NCBI GenBank assembly: GCA_963696385.1
Contig: CAVOKF010000007.1
Coordinates: forward strand, 992,001 to 1,056,000
Reading direction: 5' to 3'
DNA length: 64,000 nucleotides
Source: an uncultured delta proteobacterium
GTDB lineage: Bacteria > Myxococcota_A > Polyangia > Polyangiales > Polyangiaceae
Positions 58,997 through 64,000 of this stretch are shown piece by piece. The notes under the pieces were generated by a model. That model saw only the letters and a program-made list of their open reading frames with translations. It was not told where the DNA came from and ran no database searches. Each line of letters opens with the position of its first letter. Positions within the stretch are counted from its first letter, which is position 1. Position numbers and translations under genes: made by a program.

Positions 58997-61419
58997 TCGG
59001 ATGACGCGCTCGCGTCGATCGCACCGCCGTCGATAGCCCCCTCAGGCGGTGGTTCGGCCGTTTGGGACGGCTCGGTGCCTGCGAGAAATATCTCGTCGAT
59101 GACATCGGGATCGTCACTGTAGGGTAGCTCGCCCGTGCGGCTATCGATGGACACGGTGACGACCCCGTCGGGACGCGGAAAGTCGGTCCGCGGCTTTCCC
59201 TCGTGCGCCGCCTTCATGAGCGTCATCCAGGCCGGCAGCGCCGTCACCGCCCCCTGCTCGGCACCGCCGAGCACGCGACCATCATCGTAGCCGACCCATG
59301 TCACGGCTGCGACATCCGTCGAATACCCTGCAAACCAGGTGTCTTTCGGACCGTTGGACGTCCCGGTCTTACCGGCGAGCGGCCGACCGAGTGCCTTCGC
59401 TCGAACCGCCGTTCCGTGATCGATGACGCTCGTGAGCAGACTCGTCACGACGTAGGCTTCCGCTTCGTCGAGGACTCGGCGAGAGGGGACCCTCACAGGC
59501 AGGGGCAGGTCCTTGCCATCGGGCCCGACGATGCGGATGATGAGCTGCGGCTCCTCGTACACCCCCCCGGCCGCGAACGTCGTATAGGCCCCCGCCAAAT
59601 CGATGGGGCGGACCTCGTAACTGCCCAGTGCCAGCGAAAGGTCGGGCTTCATGGCCGATTCAATCCCGAGCGCCTGGGCCCAGGAAACGACGTTCGCGGG
59701 ACCGATGTCGCGGAGCACCTTCACAGCGACCACGTTGACGCTGTTCGCGAGAGCCTCGCGCAAGCGCAGTGGATCGTGCCCCTGCCAGCCCTCGAAGTTG
59801 GTGGGACGGTAGCCACCCTCGAAGACGTCCGGCGTCGGATCCATCAGCGTAGCGGCCGTAAAGCGCCGCGAATGGATGGCATACGAATACACGATGGGCT
59901 TGAACGTCGACCCCGGCTGCCGACGCGCTTGAGTCGCCCGATCGAGGGTTCCCGCCAATCCTTCGTAGCTGCCCACGATGGCCAGGATTTCGCGAGTCCG
60001 CACGTCGATCGCGACGGCCGCTCCCTCCGGTCCGAGCTCGAGCCGCAGCGGAACCTTCGCCGGTGGTTCGGGCACGGCGCTCAACAGGCTGACGCGGACA
60101 CGCGCCCCCAAGGGGGCAAATGCGCTCGGGGCGAGCTTTCCCGGGTTGTACCGCTCGAAATCGCCCAAAGTCACCATCCCGGTCACCGTCCCCAGGCGCA
60201 CGTCGATGGTCTTGGCCGCATCGTCGGTCCCGACGACGACGCCCGTCATCACCTTGTGTTGTTCGAAAATGGGCGTCCCCTCGAACACCGCCGGCGCATC
60301 GCGAGGGCGCGGGATGCGGCCCCGCTTGTCGGCGGTCGACGGGAGCGGTTTGAGTCCGCCTTGCAACCCATGCCTTCGATCGTACGCAAGGAGCGCTTCG
60401 CGGACGCCTTGCCGGGCGGCGGCCTGGATTTTGGGGTCGATCGACGTCGTGATCGTGAAGCCCCCCAGACGCCCGTCCTCCGGCTCCAGCCGATACAGGG
60501 CGGCCTTGGCGATCTCCACGGCCTCCGGCGCGATGGGGCTAGCCGTGTCCGCGATCGGGGCAAGGACGACGGGCTCGCCCTTTGCCGCCCGCCATGAATC
60601 GTCGTCGAGAAACCCCTTCGCGCGCATCTGATCGAGCACGTATGCGCGACGCGCGATCGCCGCGCCGAGGTTCGTGCGAGGGTGGTACTCGCGCGGGTTC
60701 GCGATGCGCCCCGCGATCAAGGCAGCTTGCCCGATGGTCAGGTCTTTGGCGCTCTTGCCGAAATCGTCGCGCGCCGCCTCCTCGATGCCGTAGCGCCCGC
60801 GGCCCAAATAGATTTCGTTCAAGTAGATCTCGAGAATCTCGTCCTTGGTGAGCTCCGTCTCGAGGCGGCGAGCCAACAGAGCCTCTCGTATCTTTCGCGT
60901 CAGGGTCCGCTCGCGCGCATTCAAAGCGATGTTTTTGATGACCTGCTGGGTGATCGTCGATCCACCTTGACGCGTGCCGCGGGCGCGGAGATTGACGAGC
61001 GCGGCGCGCGCGATGCCCCAATAGTTGAGTCCCTCGTGCTCATAGAACCCGGCGTCCTCCGCCGCCAGGACTGCGAGCTTTACGTGGGCCGGTAGCGTGG
61101 CGATGGGCACCGTGGTGCGCCGTTGGGTGAACAGTTCGGCAAGCACGGTCCCATCTCGCGCGAGGACGCGTGTCACCTGAGGGGCCCGGTGTGTCCTGAG
61201 GTCTGCAATGGTCGGCAGATCCGCTTCGTAGTGGCGAATTGCCAGCCAAAGACCGACTCCACTGGCGCAGACCGCACCCATCGCTCCAATACCTACCCAG
61301 GTGACCCAATCCCTCCACCGCGGTCGGTCGGTTGCCGGGCGGCGCGGCCGGCCCCCCGTATCCAAGGCCCTCGTTTTCGACGGGACGTATGGAGGCGGAT
61401 GTGCGCCACGGCTTCCCAT
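58993..61419 (-). CDS. PBP1A-family bifunctional transglycosylase/transpeptidase
   Basis: TM anchor, AAEDAGFYEHEG, GGSTITQQ, RKIRE, YLNEIYLG; transpeptidase STFK, SVN and KTGT motifs. Confidence 0.93.
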   Translation of the reverse strand: MGSRGAHPPPYVPSKTRALDTGGRPRRPATDRPRWRDWVTWVGIGAMGAVCASGVGLWLAIRHYEADLPTIADLRTHRAPQVTRVLARDGTVLAELFTQRRTTVPIATLPAHVKLAVLAAEDAGFYEHEGLNYWGIARAALVNLRARGTRQGGSTITQQVIKNIALNARERTLTRKIREALLARRLETELTKDEILEIYLNEIYLGRGRYGIEEAARDDFGKSAKDLTIGQAALIAGRIANPREYHPRTNLGAAIARRAYVLDQMRAKGFLDDDSWRAAKGEPVVLAPIADTASPIAPEAVEIAKAALYRLEPEDGRLGGFTITTSIDPKIQAAARQGVREALLAYDRRHGLQGGLKPLPSTADKRGRIPRPRDAPAVFEGTPIFEQHKVMTGVVVGTDDAAKTIDVRLGTVTGMVTLGDFERYNPGKLAPSAFAPLGARVRVSLLSAVPEPPAKVPLRLELGPEGAAVAIDVRTREILAIVGSYEGLAGTLDRATQARRQPGSTFKPIVYSYAIHSRRFTAATLMDPTPDVFEGGYRPTNFEGWQGHDPLRLREALANSVNVVAVKVLRDIGPANVVSWAQALGIESAMKPDLSLALGSYEVRPIDLAGAYTTFAAGGVYEEPQLIIRIVGPDGKDLPLPVRVPSRRVLDEAEAYVVTSLLTSVIDHGTAVRAKALGRPLAGKTGTSNGPKDTWFAGYSTDVAAVTWVGYDDGRVLGGAEQGAVTALPAWMTLMKAAHEGKPRTDFPRPDGVVTVSIDSRTGELPYSDDPDVIDEIFLAGTEPSQTAEPPPEGAIDGGAIDASASSE

Positions 61420-61483
61420 TCACGTCCCGATGTAACCGACGGATGCCGGATCATGCCAGCCTCCGCGTGGTAAACGTATCTGG

Positions 61484-61630
61484 ATGTTCGCGCTGAGCCA
61501 TGGGGAGCTCGCGATAGTCCTGTTCATTTTCGGGCTCGTCTGGGTTGCCGGAGTGCTTCCGGAAGCGGCGGCGCGCTGGAGCGAACGGGCGGCGTCGAAG
61601 CGGGCCCGTCGAGTCTCCCCGAGAGGATGA
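61484..61630 (+). CDS. Small TatA/TatB-like single-TM protein (48 aa)
   Basis: MFALSHGELAIVLFIFGLVWVAGVLPEAAARWSERAASKRARRVSPRG*; ends 3 nt before the next gene; absent from the ORF track. Confidence 0.6.
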   Translation: MFALSHGELAIVLFIFGLVWVAGVLPEAAARWSERAASKRARRVSPRG

Positions 61631-61633
61631 CCC

Positions 61634-63766
61634 TTGTCGGCAGGCGCGGGAATCGACAACGAGGGCGTCCGGGGCGCCGAGACACCCCTCGTTTTCGTCA
61701 GCGATCCGACGGCGGAAGCCGAGCGCGTCGCCCAAGCGCTGCGCAACGGCGGCTACATCGTGGTGGACGTGCCGCTGTCGATGCTGGTGGCCCGCGTTGC
61801 GGTGCAGCATCCGCGAGTCGTGCTCGTGGACGCGGATAGCCACGGAGCGCTCGAGGTCGTTGCGCGGATGCACGAGCTTCCGCAGGCCGATGACGTGCAG
61901 GTCGTCTTCGTGGCGGCTCCGGGCGGCACGCTGACCAATTTGAAGGAAGCGCTTGCGCACGAGGGGTGTGCCCTCTTTCTGAGGCCCGTCGACGTGCCTG
62001 CCCTCGTCCAAGAGGTCGATGGGCTGAGCGGCGGTGCACGCGAAGGGCCGAGGACCTTCCGCCACTCGAGTACCCCGCCACCGTCGATTCCAGTGTCGCC
62101 GCCAAAGCGGCCAAGTGCGCCGCCCTCTCGCCCGTCCCGCAGCTTCCAATCCGGGGCCATGTTGGCAGGCGGCGGCGAGCCGGCGGCGTTTTCCGAACCC
62201 GCGCAACGCTCCGCGCGCCTTGCGTTTCCGGTGGGAATCGGCGTCACCCCCCCCCTCAGCGCGGAACTGCAGCGACTGCTCGCGGACGCGGAAGACCGAG
62301 TGCCGACGCCCGAAGAACCGCTCGCAGTCCCTTCGCCCGAAGAGGAGATCGAGGCGGTACTGCCCGCCGATCTGTTGGCGGCGCTCGACAAGCCCATCGA
62401 GGAGGACGACGAGGCGGACGCGCACGCCTCGACGCGATCGACAGCGGCTCCTCGCGCCATGCGTGAGCGCACCACCGACGGCGGACCCACGCGTACGCCG
62501 GGTGCGGCGACGATAGGCGGGGCGACTCCCGACCCGGGTGCAGCCGACACGGCCGGGGCGCACGCCACAGGCCCTTCAACGTCCGGCGCGCGTCCCACGA
62601 CGAGCAATCCGGGCGCGACTCCGGGGTCTCCCCGCGATCGCGCGGCCGGAGCCCACGAGGCCGACTCGCAGGGCGCGCCGGCCGGCTTGGGACCGGCTGG
62701 ATCCACCCCGCCCGACCGTGGCTTGGAGGACACCTTGGGGTCGGCCGACACGACGCGCAGGGTCGGACGCGCCATCGCCAGGCGCACCTCCGGCTCGCTC
62801 TGTCTTTCGGCCGGGGACGTCGAACGCCGCATCGTTCTGCGCGAAGGCGACATCGTGACTTGCGTCTCCACGGCGGAAGACGAATCCCTCATCGCATTTT
62901 TGGGTGCGCGCGGTGACTTGCCTCGAGAGACCGTACGTCGGCTCGTGGCCCGGTTCGCACCTTTCGGCAGGCACGCCGGAGCCGCGCTCGTCGCACGCGG
63001 ATACTTGCTTCAGGACCAGATGTGGCCCACGTTGCGCGCGCACGCCGAGTGGGTGCTGGGTCGCTGCCTGCAATGGTCGGAGGCGCGCATCGTTGTCGAG
63101 GTGCAAGCGCCCGGTCGATTGGCGGCCGAGCCGAGCGTTTTCGGCGGCGCTACGGGAGCCGAGGTCTTCGTGGAGATCGTACGCCGCATCGTCACGCCCC
63201 AGGAAGGCGTCGAGCGGCTCGGTGGAGCAACCGCTCGAGTGGTGCGCGGCCCCGCCGCCGACATCCTGGACGAGTGCCGCCTACGAAACACCGACTTCGA
63301 GGTCATTCGAGACTCGGCCGGTCGAACGCTCGCCGAGGTGCTCGACGGCGCGCAAGACGACGACTTCGCGAGTACGGTCTTCGCCCTCGCCGAGCTCGGG
63401 GTCGTGGAGGTGCTCGCTGCCGTCGGCACCGAGGCCGGACCCATTTTCGCTGGATCGGGCGACGTCTCGGCGCTCGACGCGGATGCGATTCGAGAGCGGG
63501 TGCGGGCGAGGCTGCAATTGGTCGAGGACGGCGACTATTTCGCGGTCCTCGGGGTCCCCCGTGAAGCGACCGGGTACGACGTACGCCGAGCGTTTCTCGA
63601 ACTGCGACGCGCTTTCGACCCATCGCGCTTGCTTTCACGCGAAGTCGCGGACTTGGCGGACGACGTTCGGGTGATCGCCACGGTGCTCGACGAGGCGTAC
63701 GAGATCCTCAAGGACTCGGCGCGCCGCGAGCGGTATCGACGAGCCATCGAAGTCAAGCCCGAATAG
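61634..63766 (+). CDS. Atypical receiver + DUF4388-like + degenerate DnaJ-like domain protein
   Basis: N-terminal REC-like fold (PRVVLVD, FLRPVD), long Pro/Thr/Ala linker, RRTSGSLCL...ERRIVLREG, C-terminal DYFAVLGV...RRAFLELRRAFDPSR...EAYEILKD..RRERY. Confidence 0.75.
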   Translation: MSAGAGIDNEGVRGAETPLVFVSDPTAEAERVAQALRNGGYIVVDVPLSMLVARVAVQHPRVVLVDADSHGALEVVARMHELPQADDVQVVFVAAPGGTLTNLKEALAHEGCALFLRPVDVPALVQEVDGLSGGAREGPRTFRHSSTPPPSIPVSPPKRPSAPPSRPSRSFQSGAMLAGGGEPAAFSEPAQRSARLAFPVGIGVTPPLSAELQRLLADAEDRVPTPEEPLAVPSPEEEIEAVLPADLLAALDKPIEEDDEADAHASTRSTAAPRAMRERTTDGGPTRTPGAATIGGATPDPGAADTAGAHATGPSTSGARPTTSNPGATPGSPRDRAAGAHEADSQGAPAGLGPAGSTPPDRGLEDTLGSADTTRRVGRAIARRTSGSLCLSAGDVERRIVLREGDIVTCVSTAEDESLIAFLGARGDLPRETVRRLVARFAPFGRHAGAALVARGYLLQDQMWPTLRAHAEWVLGRCLQWSEARIVVEVQAPGRLAAEPSVFGGATGAEVFVEIVRRIVTPQEGVERLGGATARVVRGPAADILDECRLRNTDFEVIRDSAGRTLAEVLDGAQDDDFASTVFALAELGVVEVLAAVGTEAGPIFAGSGDVSALDADAIRERVRARLQLVEDGDYFAVLGVPREATGYDVRRAFLELRRAFDPSRLLSREVADLADDVRVIATVLDEAYEILKDSARRERYRRAIEVKPE

Positions 63767-63799
63767 GGTTTGTCCGCGTGTCGGACGGGCCGTCGAGCA

Positions 63800-64000
63800 C
63801 TACTCTTCTATGAGAATCGCCATGTCCTTCGGCAGCGGCACCTGGACGTCGAACGCGTCGACGCCACCGCCACCGGCGTAAGCGACGCGCGACGCGTGAA
63901 GGGCGTGCCGACCGAGGGCTCGAATGACCGGCCCCCCGTACAGGTCGTCGCCGGCCAAGGGGTGACCGATTGCGGCGAAGTGGGCGCGAATCTGGTGGCG
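63800..64000 (-). CDS. RluA-family pseudouridine synthase, C-terminal part (cut by window edge)
   Basis: Reverse strand reads RHQIRAHFAAIGHPLAGDDLYGG...HALHASRV...PLPKDM...* (stop 63800-63802). Confidence 0.88.
   Translation of the reverse strand, partial: RHQIRAHFAAIGHPLAGDDLYGGPVIRALGRHALHASRVAYAGGGGVDAFDVQVPLPKDMAILIEE

Overview
GC-rich bacterial chromosome segment. Gene content (Hanks-type kinases, PilZ fusions, DUF4388/J-like protein, Cys-rich lipoprotein) suggests Myxococcota, probably Polyangiales; this is an inference. Most of the window is housekeeping: xseB, htrA, slyD, a MacAB-like ABC exporter, prfB (programmed +1 frameshift)-lysS-lolC/E, serS, an ilvD-ilvB-ilvN-ilvC-leuA-leuC-leuD-cimA-leuB operon with a Val/Ile/Leu leader-peptide attenuator missed by the ORF track, tRNA-Cys, rpiA, two Hsp20 genes plus pcm, pyrD, ald, glmS, galE, trpS and a PBP1A. 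The best candidate for an undescribed system is 32.2-41.4 kb. It holds an operon for fatty acyl-AMP ligase, acyl-CoA dehydrogenase, ACP and a second acyl-CoA dehydrogenase with no NRPS/PKS in the window. Next to it are a multi-TM Ser/Thr kinase and a PilZ-like/SAM-methyltransferase resembling the PhcB family (fatty acid methyl ester signal synthase). Together these suggest a putative lipid-signal synthesis and sensing circuit read by a eukaryote-like kinase. No CRISPR array, integrase or transposase was seen. All calls come from motif reading only; no database searches were run, and several start codons are best guesses.
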